Shown in pieces: positions 46,356 to 57,441 of a stretch of 64,000 bases of DNA. Position 1 is the first letter of the stretch. Each line of letters opens with the position of its first letter. Both the position numbers and the translations under genes were made by a program. The DNA is taken from positions 109,669 through 173,668 of the forward strand of contig JAPYRX010000002.1 of NCBI GenBank assembly GCA_029936815.1, in the 5' to 3' direction. The notes beneath the pieces were generated by a model that worked only from the letters and a program-made list of their open reading frames with translations, did no database searches and was not told the origin of the DNA. The stretch comes from Dehalococcoidia bacterium (GTDB taxonomy: Bacteria; Chloroflexota; Dehalococcoidia; Lucifugimonadales; GCA-002694895).

Positions 46356-46763
46356 ATGCTTTATAATATTTCATCGATATTAACGGAACCATTCGGTTTT
46401 ACTAAAAAATTACCTGTTGAAAATTGCAACATTGTGTACGATGACCTGGGAGAGGTAGAAGTCTTCCAATCAGAAATACAATTTATTAAAACTGATTCTG
46501 GAGTCTGGGTTAATGGAATAATTCCAATTTTATTTTATTTAAATTGCTCACGGTGCTTGGAAAAAATAGCGTCTAAAATGAATATCAAACTAAATGAAGA
46601 ATTTAAATTTGATTACAATGTACAAAATCCGGAAGAAGACCATAGTTTTTTGATTGATGATGATAATCATTTAAGATTAGACTCATGCTTAAGAGAATAT
46701 ATTGTAGTAAATATGCCTTTAAAACCGATTTGTGATGAAAATTGTAAATTTATTATTTGGTAA
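46356..46763 (+). CDS. DUF177/YceD family protein
   Basis: CSRCL and PLKPICDENC; upstream of rpmF. Confidence 0.85.
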   Translation: MLYNISSILTEPFGFTKKLPVENCNIVYDDLGEVEVFQSEIQFIKTDSGVWVNGIIPILFYLNCSRCLEKIASKMNIKLNEEFKFDYNVQNPEEDHSFLIDDDNHLRLDSCLREYIVVNMPLKPICDENCKFIIW

Positions 46764-46828
46764 GTAGTTTGTAATCATGTTAATTTGATGTAGTATGTAT
46801 CTTGGATTTTATATCTTGGATTTTAATT

Positions 46829-47008
46829 ATGCCACCATTACCTAAGAAAAAACATTCGAGTAAAAGAAAGAAAGACAGAGCTTCTCATTTTGGAATAAAA
46901 AATGTTCCTCTAGCTAAGTGCAACCAACCAGGTTGTGGTGCATTTATTGTACCTCATGCTGCTTGCCCAGAATGTGGCTCTTATAAAAACAAACAAGTTT
47001 TGGATTGA
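46829..47008 (+). CDS. rpmF: 50S ribosomal protein L32
   Basis: MPPLPKKKHS...C...C...PHAACPECGSY. Confidence 0.93.
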   Translation: MPPLPKKKHSSKRKKDRASHFGIKNVPLAKCNQPGCGAFIVPHAACPECGSYKNKQVLD

Positions 47009-47024
47009 CAGTCAAGGATTCTCA

Positions 47025-47975
47025 ATGAATATAATTGATAAAAATTTAAAATCTAACTCAAATACTGCATTTATTTTCCCAGGACAAGGTAGTCAAAAAG
47101 TTGGTATGGGAAAAGATCTTCTGGATTTTGAAATCTCTCAAGATGTTTTTAATAGAGTTGACGATGCATTGGGTAGGAAATTAAGTGACATTATATTTAA
47201 CGGCCCCGATGAAGAACTAATGCAAACAAGAAATGCACAACCTGCAATAATGACTGTTAGCATTGCCTGTTATGAAGCGATGAAAGAAAAAAGTAACAAA
47301 TCATTTCCTATACCAAAATTTGTGGCAGGACATAGTTTGGGTGAATATACATCTTTGTATGTTAGTGGAGTTTTAAACTTAGAAGAAACTGCTAAATTAG
47401 TTTCTTTAAGAGGAGAGTTAATGCAGGATGCATGTGAGCAAAACCCGGGAACCATGGCTGCTATTATTGGATTAGATGAAAAATCAGTATATGAAATAAG
47501 CAGGCAAACAGGTACTTATGTTTCAAATATCAATACTGATTTGCAAACTGTTATTAGTGGAGATAAATCTGCTATTATATCTGCTATTGATCTGGCTACC
47601 TCTAGAGGTGCTAAAAGAGCAATTCCATTGAAAGTTGCCGGAGCATTCCACTCTGATTTAATGAAACCAGCTTCAGAAAAATTACAACAATATATAAATG
47701 ATCTTAAATTTTCTAATCCTAAGATTCCAATAATTGCAAATTGTAGCGCCAAGCCTTTGGAAGATATTGAAGATATAAAAGAAGAATTGATTCACCAGAT
47801 TTGTAATTGCGTGGATTGGAATAAAAGTGTTAAATATATGTTGAACTCTGGTATCAATTCATTTATTGAATATGGCCACGGAGGAGTATTGGGGAATATG
47901 ATAAAAAGAATTGATTCTGATTCTAGTATTACATCCATAGACACTACAGAGTCTATAAATACTAACCTATCTTAA
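47025..47975 (+). CDS. fabD: Malonyl-CoA:ACP transacylase
   Basis: FPGQGSQ, AQPAI, GHSLGEY, VAGAFHS. Confidence 0.95.
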   Translation: MNIIDKNLKSNSNTAFIFPGQGSQKVGMGKDLLDFEISQDVFNRVDDALGRKLSDIIFNGPDEELMQTRNAQPAIMTVSIACYEAMKEKSNKSFPIPKFVAGHSLGEYTSLYVSGVLNLEETAKLVSLRGELMQDACEQNPGTMAAIIGLDEKSVYEISRQTGTYVSNINTDLQTVISGDKSAIISAIDLATSRGAKRAIPLKVAGAFHSDLMKPASEKLQQYINDLKFSNPKIPIIANCSAKPLEDIEDIKEELIHQICNCVDWNKSVKYMLNSGINSFIEYGHGGVLGNMIKRIDSDSSITSIDTTESINTNLS

Positions 47976-48467
47976 ATGGTTCAAAACAAAGACAAATCTT
48001 ATTTTTATGGAAGAAGAACTTTTTCAAGGATTTTGGCATTACAATTCCTATATAAAACCGAATTTATTCCAAACTCTAATTCTGAGATTTACATGAGAGA
48101 TGCGAAATTAATACTCAATGAGATAAAAATTGACGGATTTGACGACGATATTTCTAATTATGATTCCGATGACATTGACTATGCAAATAAAATTTTAATT
48201 GGCGTTAATAATGAAAAAAATACAATTGATTCTATAATAGAGACTTTTGCTACCTCATTTCCATTGAAAGACGTGGCTATAATTGATAAAAATATTTTAC
48301 GTATTTGTATATTAGAAATAAAATACTTGGAACTAAAATCTGAAATAGCTTTGGATGAAGCTATAGAAATTGCGAAAATTTTTGGTTCTGAGAGTTCGCC
48401 AGCTTTTATCAATGGAGTTGTTGATTCTTTCATCCAAGGTATTATGAAAAATAAGGAGAAAATATGA
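47976..48467 (+). CDS. nusB: Transcription antitermination factor NusB
   Basis: [37 protein letters not shown]. Confidence 0.9.
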   Translation: MVQNKDKSYFYGRRTFSRILALQFLYKTEFIPNSNSEIYMRDAKLILNEIKIDGFDDDISNYDSDDIDYANKILIGVNNEKNTIDSIIETFATSFPLKDVAIIDKNILRICILEIKYLELKSEIALDEAIEIAKIFGSESSPAFINGVVDSFIQGIMKNKEKI

Positions 48468-48715
48468 GTTTAGAAGATAGAGTTAAAGACATAGTTGCAG
48501 ATAAATTGGGAGTAGAAGTTGATAAAGTTGTTTCTGGAGCATCGTTCATGAATGATTTGGATGCAGATTCATTAGATTTAGTTGAATTAATTATGGCTTT
48601 TGAAGAAGAATTTAGTACAGACGATAACCCTGTTGAGATATCTGACGAAGATGCAGAAAATATATTAACAGTGCAGAACGCTTTAGATTTTTTGACAAAG
48701 AAAGGAATTTCCTAA
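48464..48715 (+). CDS. acpP: Acyl carrier protein
   Basis: [20 protein letters not shown]. Confidence 0.96.
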   Translation: MSLEDRVKDIVADKLGVEVDKVVSGASFMNDLDADSLDLVELIMAFEEEFSTDDNPVEISDEDAENILTVQNALDFLTKKGIS

Positions 48716-48802
48716 ATATCTATTAATAAATTAACCTTTATATAAATAGTATTCCGTGATCAGATTATTTATTATTTAATTTAAATAAATAATAAATAAT
48801 CT

Positions 48803-51094
48803 ATGGATATAATAAACAATCTGATTCTTGATATAAAAAATATTTTTGGCTTTGCATTCCCAGTTTTTTTAGGAATTTATTCTTTGATATTTTTGGGTTT
48901 TTATTTTATTGGATTGAACAAATTTTATTTAAGATTTAATTTCACGCTATTATTTATTTTTCTCTTCGTGTTTTTTATGTTGGCTAATTTTAGAGGGGAT
49001 AATTTATTTACAACTTATTTCATATCATCTTCTGATACTTCTCTTGCTGGTACATTCGGACAAAAATTTCAATTAAATTCTATTCTTAAATTTTATATTA
49101 CCTCTTCAATGTTTTTAATTCTTATATTATTTTCTATAAGCCCAATCAAATTTTCGAAATTAACATTTAATTTTGCATTGATATTATTGATGTTTATTAT
49201 ATTAATGTTTACAACTTTATTAAATATTCTTAAAATAAGAAAAAATGAAAATATAATCATATCCCAAACACCAATTCCTCAAACTATAGATACGAATGCG
49301 AATATTATAGAACAAAGTATTCCATTAGAAGAAACAGTTGGTGATATTGAATCAACGAATGAAGTCACAGCAACGTCGAACGAGACACATAATAAGATTA
49401 GTGATACAAATGTGAAATATAATTCTTTATGGTCTAATGATGATATGATTCCTGAACAAGATACCGTAATAAAAAACCGTAAGAATAGTAATAATTATTT
49501 TGGTGATATTACTAATTCTGACATTAAGAAAACTCCTTTAGTTGACAATGACAAAGATCCTGAATTTGCTTCTATGATGAATAAAAATGATACTTTTTCA
49601 CCTTCTCTTGATTTACTCCAAGATTTAAAAGAAGTATCTATTTCACAAGAAGAATTAGATACAACAGCTTCAAATATTAAAAAAACATTAAAAGAGTATG
49701 ATGTTGAAGTTGAAATAGGACAAATTCAACCCGGGCCCGTTGTAACTTTATATGGATTAATCCCCGGATGGATTAAAAGAACTAAAAAAGAAAAACAATT
49801 TGACATTGATGGGAATCCTTTATTGGATGAAAAAGGGAAGCATATATTAAAAGAATTTGAAACTAAAAATAGAGTTAAAGTTGATTCAATCATGGCTAGA
49901 GAAAAAGATCTTTCATTAGCTTTAAAGACCCCTTCTATCCGAATAGAAACACCAGTCTTAGGAGAATCTTTGGTTGGAATTGAAGTCCCTAATCCAAATC
50001 CTGGGGTAATAGGAATTAAATCATTAATCAAATCTAATCTATATCAAGACATGACGAACAATAATGATTCTCTCCCAATTGCTTTAGGGAAAGGGTCAGG
50101 TGGCGATAATGTTTCTATTGATTTAACTAAAATGCCTCATCTACTAATTGCAGGAGCAACTGGAAGTGGTAAAAGCGTTTGTATGAATGCTATAGTATCT
50201 AGCTTGATTTATAGTAAAACTCCAGATCAATTAAGATTACTTTTAGTTGACCCAAAAAGAGTAGAATTAACTCAGTATAATGGTATTCCGCATATGATTT
50301 CTCCAGTAATTGTTGAATTAGATTCTGTAGCAAAGGTTTTTAGAGGAATAATAAATGAAATGTTTAAAAGATATAAGCTTATGGAGTCAAAATCTGTTAG
50401 AAATATATCAGAACTAAATAAGAAATTTCCAAATTCTATGCCTTATCTTGTGATTGTGATTGATGAATTGGCAGATTTAATGATGACTAGTGGAGCCGAA
50501 ATTGAAAGATCAATATGCAGATTAGCTCAACTTGGAAGAGCAACAGGCATTCATTTAGTAGTAGCAACGCAGCGACCTTCGGTTGATATAGTAACAGGGT
50601 TAATCAAATCTAATTTTCCAAGTAGAATAAGTTTTAGTGTAAGTTCTAGCATTGACTCACGGACAATTCTAGATACTATAGGTGCCGAAAAATTATTAGG
50701 CAAAGGGGACATGTTGTACTTACCGGTAGATGGATCAAGGCCTTCCAGATTGCAAGGATGCTTTATAAATGATGAAGAAATAAAAAATCTAGTTAATTTT
50801 TGGAAAAGATTTGATTCGCAAAGCTTAAATTATGATATTAATATTTTTCAAAATATAGAGAATCAAAAAGAAGATAATAATACGTATAATTCATCTAACA
50901 TAAAAAAAGATAGCTTGTTTAATGATGCTGTTTCAATGGCGAAATCTACAAAAAAATTATCTATTTCGTTCTTACAAAGAAAATTGAGAATTGGATATCC
51001 ACGAGCTGCAAGATTGATGGACGAACTTGAAGAGGAGGGTATAGTTGGGCCAATGAAAGATTCCGCAAAATCTAGGGATGTTATAATTAACTGA
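48803..51094 (+). CDS. ftsK: DNA translocase FtsK/SpoIIIE
   Basis: N-terminal TMs, MPHLLIAGATGSGKS, DELADLM, ATQRPS, gamma domain LQRKLRIGYPRAARLMD. Confidence 0.95.
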   Translation: MDIINNLILDIKNIFGFAFPVFLGIYSLIFLGFYFIGLNKFYLRFNFTLLFIFLFVFFMLANFRGDNLFTTYFISSSDTSLAGTFGQKFQLNSILKFYITSSMFLILILFSISPIKFSKLTFNFALILLMFIILMFTTLLNILKIRKNENIIISQTPIPQTIDTNANIIEQSIPLEETVGDIESTNEVTATSNETHNKISDTNVKYNSLWSNDDMIPEQDTVIKNRKNSNNYFGDITNSDIKKTPLVDNDKDPEFASMMNKNDTFSPSLDLLQDLKEVSISQEELDTTASNIKKTLKEYDVEVEIGQIQPGPVVTLYGLIPGWIKRTKKEKQFDIDGNPLLDEKGKHILKEFETKNRVKVDSIMAREKDLSLALKTPSIRIETPVLGESLVGIEVPNPNPGVIGIKSLIKSNLYQDMTNNNDSLPIALGKGSGGDNVSIDLTKMPHLLIAGATGSGKSVCMNAIVSSLIYSKTPDQLRLLLVDPKRVELTQYNGIPHMISPVIVELDSVAKVFRGIINEMFKRYKLMESKSVRNISELNKKFPNSMPYLVIVIDELADLMMTSGAEIERSICRLAQLGRATGIHLVVATQRPSVDIVTGLIKSNFPSRISFSVSSSIDSRTILDTIGAEKLLGKGDMLYLPVDGSRPSRLQGCFINDEEIKNLVNFWKRFDSQSLNYDINIFQNIENQKEDNNTYNSSNIKKDSLFNDAVSMAKSTKKLSISFLQRKLRIGYPRAARLMDELEEEGIVGPMKDSAKSRDVIIN

Positions 51095-51118
51095 TTATAA
51101 TAAAATTGATACTCTATT

Positions 51119-52864
51119 TTGGATAACCCTGTTAATGACAATTTTGATAACTCACAAGAATTTATAGAGCAGTATTCTGACGTAAACACAGGTTTTTGCC
51201 TTAAATGTGATTCGAAATTAGAAAACTCAGAATTATTTTTAACTTATAAAATTTGTCCTTCGTGTGACTTTCATTTTTATATAAAACCTTATGAAAGAAT
51301 TAAATTATTAGCTGACAGAGAATCTTTTGAAGAATTTAATAAAGATTTACCTGAGGAATATGATTATTTATATGACCAATTACCCGAATATGCTAAACGA
51401 GCAAAATCGGATATTGAACGAACAGGTCTTAATGATTCAGTGATTACAGGATTTTCGTCAATAGGAGGTAATAATTGCGTTATTATACTAATGGATTTTT
51501 CCTTTATGGGAGGTAATTTAGGGCTTATATCAGGAGAGAAAATATCTCAAGCTATAGATATTTCTGTATCAAAGAAAATACCTATAATATCTATCATATC
51601 TAGTTCTGGTACGAGAATAGAAGAAGGAGTTCTATCCTTAATGCAAATGGCAAAAGTCACATTATCCATGGCAAATGCGAAAAAACAACAAATCCCATCT
51701 ATATCTTTATTAACAAATCCATGTACAGGGCAAGCTTATATCACCTTAGCAACTTTTTCAGACATCATATTATCTGAACCAGGCGCATCTGTTGGAATGA
51801 GCCCTTTAAAGGACTTAAAAGGAAACTTTGGATCTGTGGATTTTGAATCAAGAACTTCTGACTCACTTGTATCAAGAGGATTAATTGATTCTATTGTCAC
51901 ACGTAACCATCAAAAAGAAGAAATATCTAAGATTATTGATTTGCTAAATAATCATCATAAATTGATGTATGAAAATAAAAATGATACTAATTCTACATTT
52001 GTATTATCAAATTCAAGTATTGATGAAAGAACGAAAATAGCACTAAATAAGAAACGTCCAAGAGCCTCTAGTTTTTTAAACAAAGTTTTCGAACATTTTT
52101 TTGAAATCAAAGGAGATAGATTATTAGAAAATAGTGCAAGAATCATAACTGGGCTTGCACAACTTGGCGGGCAAACTGTTATGATTGTTTCGCAAGACAG
52201 TAGTGAATCCAATGATTCTGCAGAAGGCCTTACATCTACAGATTTTAGAAAGTGTACTAGAGCAATAAAAATAGCTTCTAGATTTAATATTCCTATCGTC
52301 ACTTTTATAGATACAGTTGGCCATAACATGTCTTATGAAGAAGAATTAAAAGGCATAGGCATTTCTCTAGGAGAGACTATGTTGGCAATGGCTGAATTAC
52401 CTTCTCCTTCGATTTCAATTTTAATTGGAACAGGCGGGAATGAATCCGCTCTTACTTTAGATATATCTGATCGTAGATTAATGTTAGAAAATTCTATTCT
52501 TGTACTTGGTGATAACAGAGATGATAGTGATGAGTTAAATAAACCAACTATAATTGGAGCTAGTGAATGTAAAGACTTGAATATAATTGATGCAGTAATA
52601 CCGGAACCTGTTGGAGGAATTCATCTGAACCCAGATGAATGTTTTAGTCTTTTAAGAAAGTTTTTAATGATAGAACTTGCAGGTTTAAATAAAATTTCTT
52701 CACGTTCAAGGTTTAAATCTAAATATAAAAAGTTCAGAAATATATCTAGCCTTAAAAATTCATATGTCTATAATCTTGCGAATGAGGCATTGGTAACTAA
52801 ATCAAAAATAACAAACTATATATCTGAAAAAATAAAAAACAGAAGATCAACAGAAAAATATTAG
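51119..52864 (+). CDS. accDA: Fused acetyl-CoA carboxylase carboxyltransferase beta-alpha (AccD-AccA), divergent
   Basis: Zn finger CLKC...CPSC, MDFSFMGG, SLMQMAK; then F.EIKGDR, FIDT, IPEPVGGIH. Confidence 0.8.
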   Translation: MDNPVNDNFDNSQEFIEQYSDVNTGFCLKCDSKLENSELFLTYKICPSCDFHFYIKPYERIKLLADRESFEEFNKDLPEEYDYLYDQLPEYAKRAKSDIERTGLNDSVITGFSSIGGNNCVIILMDFSFMGGNLGLISGEKISQAIDISVSKKIPIISIISSSGTRIEEGVLSLMQMAKVTLSMANAKKQQIPSISLLTNPCTGQAYITLATFSDIILSEPGASVGMSPLKDLKGNFGSVDFESRTSDSLVSRGLIDSIVTRNHQKEEISKIIDLLNNHHKLMYENKNDTNSTFVLSNSSIDERTKIALNKKRPRASSFLNKVFEHFFEIKGDRLLENSARIITGLAQLGGQTVMIVSQDSSESNDSAEGLTSTDFRKCTRAIKIASRFNIPIVTFIDTVGHNMSYEEELKGIGISLGETMLAMAELPSPSISILIGTGGNESALTLDISDRRLMLENSILVLGDNRDDSDELNKPTIIGASECKDLNIIDAVIPEPVGGIHLNPDECFSLLRKFLMIELAGLNKISSRSRFKSKYKKFRNISSLKNSYVYNLANEALVTKSKITNYISEKIKNRRSTEKY

Positions 52865-52865
52865 G

Positions 52866-53480
52866 TTATTTTTTTACAACCCCTCCAGTCAAAGAACGAG
52901 TTGACTCGAATTGTTGAATTTTATTTTCTTTTTTTAATGTAAGTCCTATATCATCTAATCCATTTAGAAGGCAATATTTACGAAATTTTTCTATGTCAAA
53001 TTTTATAGATATTTCTTCACTATCATCCCATATGAGTTGAGAATCTAAATCAATGTTAAGATTATAACCATTTTCATTTTTAGATTTGCTGATAATTTCC
53101 TTGACAATTTTCTTGTCTAATTTTATAGGCAAAATTCCATTTTGAAAACAGTTATTATAAAAAATATCTGCAAAGCTAGGTGCAATAATTATTTCTATAC
53201 CATAATCATTCAGAGCCCATGGAGCATGCTCTCTAGAAGAACCAGATCCAAAATTATCTCCTGTAACTAAAATAGAACAATTTTTATATTTCTCTTGGTT
53301 TAATATAAAATCTTTATTAATGGAGCCGTCTGACTTGAATCTCCAGTCATAAAATAAGTATTTACCAAAACCTGTTCTTTCTATTCGTTTTAAAAATTGT
53401 TTTGGTATAATTTGATCGGTATCAATGTTTACCATATCTAAAGGGACAACCTTGCCATTATGTTTGTTAATTGATTTCAT
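52866..53480 (-). CDS. leuD: 3-isopropylmalate dehydratase small subunit
   Basis: NIDTDQIIPKQFLK, NFGSGSSREHAPWAL. Confidence 0.97.
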   Translation of the reverse strand: MKSINKHNGKVVPLDMVNIDTDQIIPKQFLKRIERTGFGKYLFYDWRFKSDGSINKDFILNQEKYKNCSILVTGDNFGSGSSREHAPWALNDYGIEIIIAPSFADIFYNNCFQNGILPIKLDKKIVKEIISKSKNENGYNLNIDLDSQLIWDDSEEISIKFDIEKFRKYCLLNGLDDIGLTLKKENKIQQFESTRSLTGGVVKK

Positions 53481-53485
53481 AAATT

Positions 53486-54892
53486 TTATAATTCCCTTAT
53501 ATCTATAAAATGTCCTGAAATAGCCGCTGCTGCCGCCATTTCAGGACTTACTAAATGTGTTCTACCATCTTTCCCTTGCCTACCTTCGAAGTTTCTGTTT
53601 GAAGTGGAAGCGCATCTTTCTTTAGGAGAAAGAATATCTGGGTTCATGCCTAGGCACATTGAACAACCTGCTTCTCTCCATTCGAATCCAGCATCTTGAA
53701 ATATTTTATCTAATCCCTTTTCTTCGGCAATTTTTTTAACTAAAGTAGATCCAGGAACAACCATTGCAGATACATTTGGGTTGATTTTTTTGTTTTTCAC
53801 TATTGCCGCCGCTGCTTCTAAATCTTCTATTCTTGAATTAGTACATGATCCGATAAATACTCTATCAATTTGAATATCTTGAATTTTCGTATCTGGTTTA
53901 AGTCCCATATATTCTAATGCTTTTGATATCGAAGATTTTTCATCTTCGTCAACAGTATGTTTAGGATTAGGGATTTTCCCCGTAATAGGAGCAACCATTC
54001 CTGGATTAGTGCCCCATGTTACAAATGGTTCAAGTTCATTACTATCTATAATTATTTTAGTATCATATTTAGCCCCAACATCAGTCCGTAAATCCAACCA
54101 CTCTTTCTTTGCAATTTCAAAATCCTTTCCCTTGGGAGCAAAAGGTTTATTTTCAAGATAATTTATTGTTTTATTATCCGGAGCAATCATACCTGCTCTT
54201 CCGCCTGCTTCAATTGACATATTACAAACGGTCATGCGGCCTTCCATGCTTAAATTTGTAATTGCATCTCCTGTATACTCTATTGCATGCCCCACTGCAC
54301 CACTTATCCCAATATGTTTTATTATACCCAATATTAGATCTTTGGCTGTTACACCATTTGGCAATGATCCCTCTATATGTATATTCATTGTTTTTGGTTT
54401 GAATTGTCTTAGAGTTTGCGTTGCTAAGACGTGTTCTACTTCAGAAGTACCTATCCCTATGGCAAAAGATCCGAATGCTCCATTTGTTGATGTGTGACTA
54501 TCTCCACATACAATTATTTTACCAGGTTGAGTTAATCCTAAATCAGGGCCGATTACATGTACTATTCCTTGGTTTTCATGGTACATATCATACAAGGTTA
54601 TTCCAAATTCATCACAATTTTTAGTTAATGTTTCAACTTGTTGTTTAGCAATTGGATCAGATATTGTATTCCTTCCTTTCCATGTTGGAATTGCGTGATC
54701 AGCTACTGCAACAGTTAAATCAGGCCTTCTCACTTTCCTCTGAGCTAATCTTAGTCCTTCAAAAGCTTGAGGAGACGTGACTTCGTGGATCATGTGTAAA
54801 TCAACATATAAAATTGAAGGTTGCCCTTCATTTTCATCCACAAGATGCTTTTCCCATATTTTATCAAATAAAGTTTTTGGGTTGTGAGTCAT
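53486..54892 (-). CDS. leuC: 3-isopropylmalate dehydratase large subunit
   Basis: HEVTSPQAF, CGDSHT, GSCTN, GCSMCLGMN, NRNFEGRQG. Confidence 0.97.
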   Translation of the reverse strand: MTHNPKTLFDKIWEKHLVDENEGQPSILYVDLHMIHEVTSPQAFEGLRLAQRKVRRPDLTVAVADHAIPTWKGRNTISDPIAKQQVETLTKNCDEFGITLYDMYHENQGIVHVIGPDLGLTQPGKIIVCGDSHTSTNGAFGSFAIGIGTSEVEHVLATQTLRQFKPKTMNIHIEGSLPNGVTAKDLILGIIKHIGISGAVGHAIEYTGDAITNLSMEGRMTVCNMSIEAGGRAGMIAPDNKTINYLENKPFAPKGKDFEIAKKEWLDLRTDVGAKYDTKIIIDSNELEPFVTWGTNPGMVAPITGKIPNPKHTVDEDEKSSISKALEYMGLKPDTKIQDIQIDRVFIGSCTNSRIEDLEAAAAIVKNKKINPNVSAMVVPGSTLVKKIAEEKGLDKIFQDAGFEWREAGCSMCLGMNPDILSPKERCASTSNRNFEGRQGKDGRTHLVSPEMAAAAAISGHFIDIREL

Positions 54893-54902
54893 AATACTTG
54901 TT

Positions 54903-56426
54903 TTAATTTATTATTAATTTATTTAATCCATCAATATAAGCTTTAGCACTCGATACAAGTATGTCTGTATCTGAGCCTCTTCCTATTACGTTAGAATCAT
55001 CACTTTCTAATCTTACTATAGCGTCACCAATAGCATCAATTCCTTCTGTTACTGCCTCAATTCTCCATTCATTTAAAGTTACTTTAATATCAATCAGATT
55101 ATCAATTGCTTTATATATTGCATCTACAGGGCCTGTCCCACTAGATGTGGAAGATTCGATTTTATTGCTTGAATTATTCTTTATTTTTATGTTTGCAGTT
55201 GGTTGTTTTTCAGACCCAGATTCTATTTCAACTGAGATTAGTTCATATTTATTTTCAGATCTCTCAGATCTTTTTTGATCAGACATTAAAATTTCTAAAT
55301 CTTGATTTATAACTTCTTTTTTCTTGTCTGCTAATTTTTTAAATTCTTCGAATGTTTTGTCTAGCTCTTCTTTTGTTAACTCATATCCTAAATCTTCTAA
55401 TCTAGATTTCAATCCTGCTCTACCGCTTAGTTTGCTAAGAACTAAAGAATTCCCAGATAAACCTATTGATTCGGGATCCATAATTTCAAATGTAGATTTA
55501 GCTTTGAGTACTCCATCTTGATGGATTCCTGAAGCGTGCCTAAAAGCATTAGCACCTACAATTGCTTTATTTGGTTGAACAGGAAATCCAGTTATATCAC
55601 TTACTAATCTACTGGTTTTATATATTTGTTTAGTATTGATGCCTGTGCTTACATTCAATAAATCTTCTCTAGTATCTATTGCCATTATTACTTCTTCTAA
55701 AGCAGCGTTTCCTGCTCTTTCTCCAAGTCCATTTATACATCCTTCAATTTGGCGAGCACCTGCTGTTATTGCAGCAAGGCTATTTGAAACTGCTAACCCT
55801 AGATCGTTATGACAGTGCACGCTAGTAATAACTTTATCCATGTTAGGGACATTATTAATTACATCCTCTATTCTTTTTTTAAATTCCCACGGCATTGTAT
55901 AGCCAACTGTATCAGGTATATTTATCGTAGTTGCGCCAGCTTTAACGGTGGCTTCGATTAATTGATATAAGAAATCCATATCAGTTCTAGAAGCATCCAT
56001 TGGTGAAAACTCAATGTCATCACAATATTTTTTTGCTTGTTCAACACAATATACAGCCATATTTAAAACATCTTCTCTGTTTTTTTTCAGTTGGTTAATT
56101 ATTTGAATATCAGAGCTGTTGATAAAAACATGAATTCTTGGGCTTTCAGCATTTTTTATCGCTCCCCATGCAGCCTCAATATCAGAAGGAATACACCTGG
56201 CTAATGCTGCTATAGTAGGGCCTTTAATTTCTTTGGCAATTTGTGCGACTGATTCAAAATCTCCAGGAGATGAAGCAGGGAATCCAGCTTCTATAATATC
56301 AACATTAAGTGCTTTGAGTTGATGAGCGATTTCTATTTTCTCAGATTTTGTCAATCCTATGCCAGCAGATTGCTCACCGTCTCTTAATGTAGTATCAAAA
56401 ATAAGTATTTTTTCATTTTCACTCAT
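54903..56426 (-). CDS. leuA: 2-isopropylmalate synthase
   Basis: DTTLRDGEQ, HCHNDLGLA, GERAGNA, HASGIHQDG. Confidence 0.96.
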   Translation of the reverse strand: MSENEKILIFDTTLRDGEQSAGIGLTKSEKIEIAHQLKALNVDIIEAGFPASSPGDFESVAQIAKEIKGPTIAALARCIPSDIEAAWGAIKNAESPRIHVFINSSDIQIINQLKKNREDVLNMAVYCVEQAKKYCDDIEFSPMDASRTDMDFLYQLIEATVKAGATTINIPDTVGYTMPWEFKKRIEDVINNVPNMDKVITSVHCHNDLGLAVSNSLAAITAGARQIEGCINGLGERAGNAALEEVIMAIDTREDLLNVSTGINTKQIYKTSRLVSDITGFPVQPNKAIVGANAFRHASGIHQDGVLKAKSTFEIMDPESIGLSGNSLVLSKLSGRAGLKSRLEDLGYELTKEELDKTFEEFKKLADKKKEVINQDLEILMSDQKRSERSENKYELISVEIESGSEKQPTANIKIKNNSSNKIESSTSSGTGPVDAIYKAIDNLIDIKVTLNEWRIEAVTEGIDAIGDAIVRLESDDSNVIGRGSDTDILVSSAKAYIDGLNKLIIN

Positions 56427-56444
56427 AATAACCTTCTCTATTTA

Positions 56445-57440
56445 CTAAGAATCTTTTAAAAATGGCATCATATCTCTTAATTCTTTTCCTATTTTTTCTA
56501 TTGGGTGCGAGCTATTTTCTTTTCTTAATTTTTCAAAACGATGTAAACCCTCATCATTCTCAGCAATCCATTCTTTTGCGAATGATCCGTCTTGAATGTC
56601 ATTTAAAACTTTTTGCATATTTTCTTTTACTGATTCATCTATAATCATAGGACCCCTTGTGAGGTCTCCATATTCTGCAGTAGTACTAATTGAATATCTC
56701 ATATAATCCAATCCGCCTTCATACATTAAATCAACAATAAGTTTTAATTCATGCAGGCACTCAAAATATGCAGACTCAGGCTGATAGCCTGCTTCAACTA
56801 ATGTTTCAAAAGCATATTTAACTAGTTGTGCTGTTCCGCCACATAGAACTGCTTGTTCGCCAAATAAATCTGTCTCAGTTTCTTCTTTGAAAGTAGTGTT
56901 TAAAACACCTGCTCTTGTGCAACCAACAGCCTTGGCATATGCTAGTCCTTTTTGTTCAGCTGATCCTGAAGGATTTTGGTGTATAGCTAATAATCCGGGA
57001 ACTCCAGATCCTTTTGTAAATACCTCTCGCATTCTGTGACCAGGAGCTTTAGGAGCGACCATTATTACATCCACGTTTTCAGGTGGAACTATTGTTTTAT
57101 AGTGAATATTAAAACCATGAGCAAACATTAAAGTTTTGCTTTCATCTAAGTTTGGCTCAACAAATTCGTTATATACCGATGGTTGAACAGTATCTGGCAA
57201 TAGCAACATAATTATATCAGAGTTTTTAGTTACTTCATCTACTGTGCTTACTTCCAACCCATCTTTTTCAGCTTTATCCCAGCTTTTACTTCCTTCATAA
57301 AGTCCTACTCTAACTTTAATCCCGCTATCATGTGCGCTAAGAGCATGTGCGTGACCTTGGCTACCATAACCAATTACGGCAATTGATTTGTCTTTTAGAA
57401 TATTTAGATCAGCATCTGAATCATAAAACATTTTAGCCAT
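56445..57440 (-). CDS. ilvC: Ketol-acid reductoisomerase
   Basis: [33 protein letters not shown]. Confidence 0.97.
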   Translation of the reverse strand: MAKMFYDSDADLNILKDKSIAVIGYGSQGHAHALSAHDSGIKVRVGLYEGSKSWDKAEKDGLEVSTVDEVTKNSDIIMLLLPDTVQPSVYNEFVEPNLDESKTLMFAHGFNIHYKTIVPPENVDVIMVAPKAPGHRMREVFTKGSGVPGLLAIHQNPSGSAEQKGLAYAKAVGCTRAGVLNTTFKEETETDLFGEQAVLCGGTAQLVKYAFETLVEAGYQPESAYFECLHELKLIVDLMYEGGLDYMRYSISTTAEYGDLTRGPMIIDESVKENMQKVLNDIQDGSFAKEWIAENDEGLHRFEKLRKENSSHPIEKIGKELRDMMPFLKDS

Positions 57441-57441
57441 A

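Noticed and set aside
49760-49880. Insertion in the FtsK motor region as an intein or mobile insert
   Set aside because: About 30 aa, no intein C/S start or HN end motifs; more likely a lineage-specific loop
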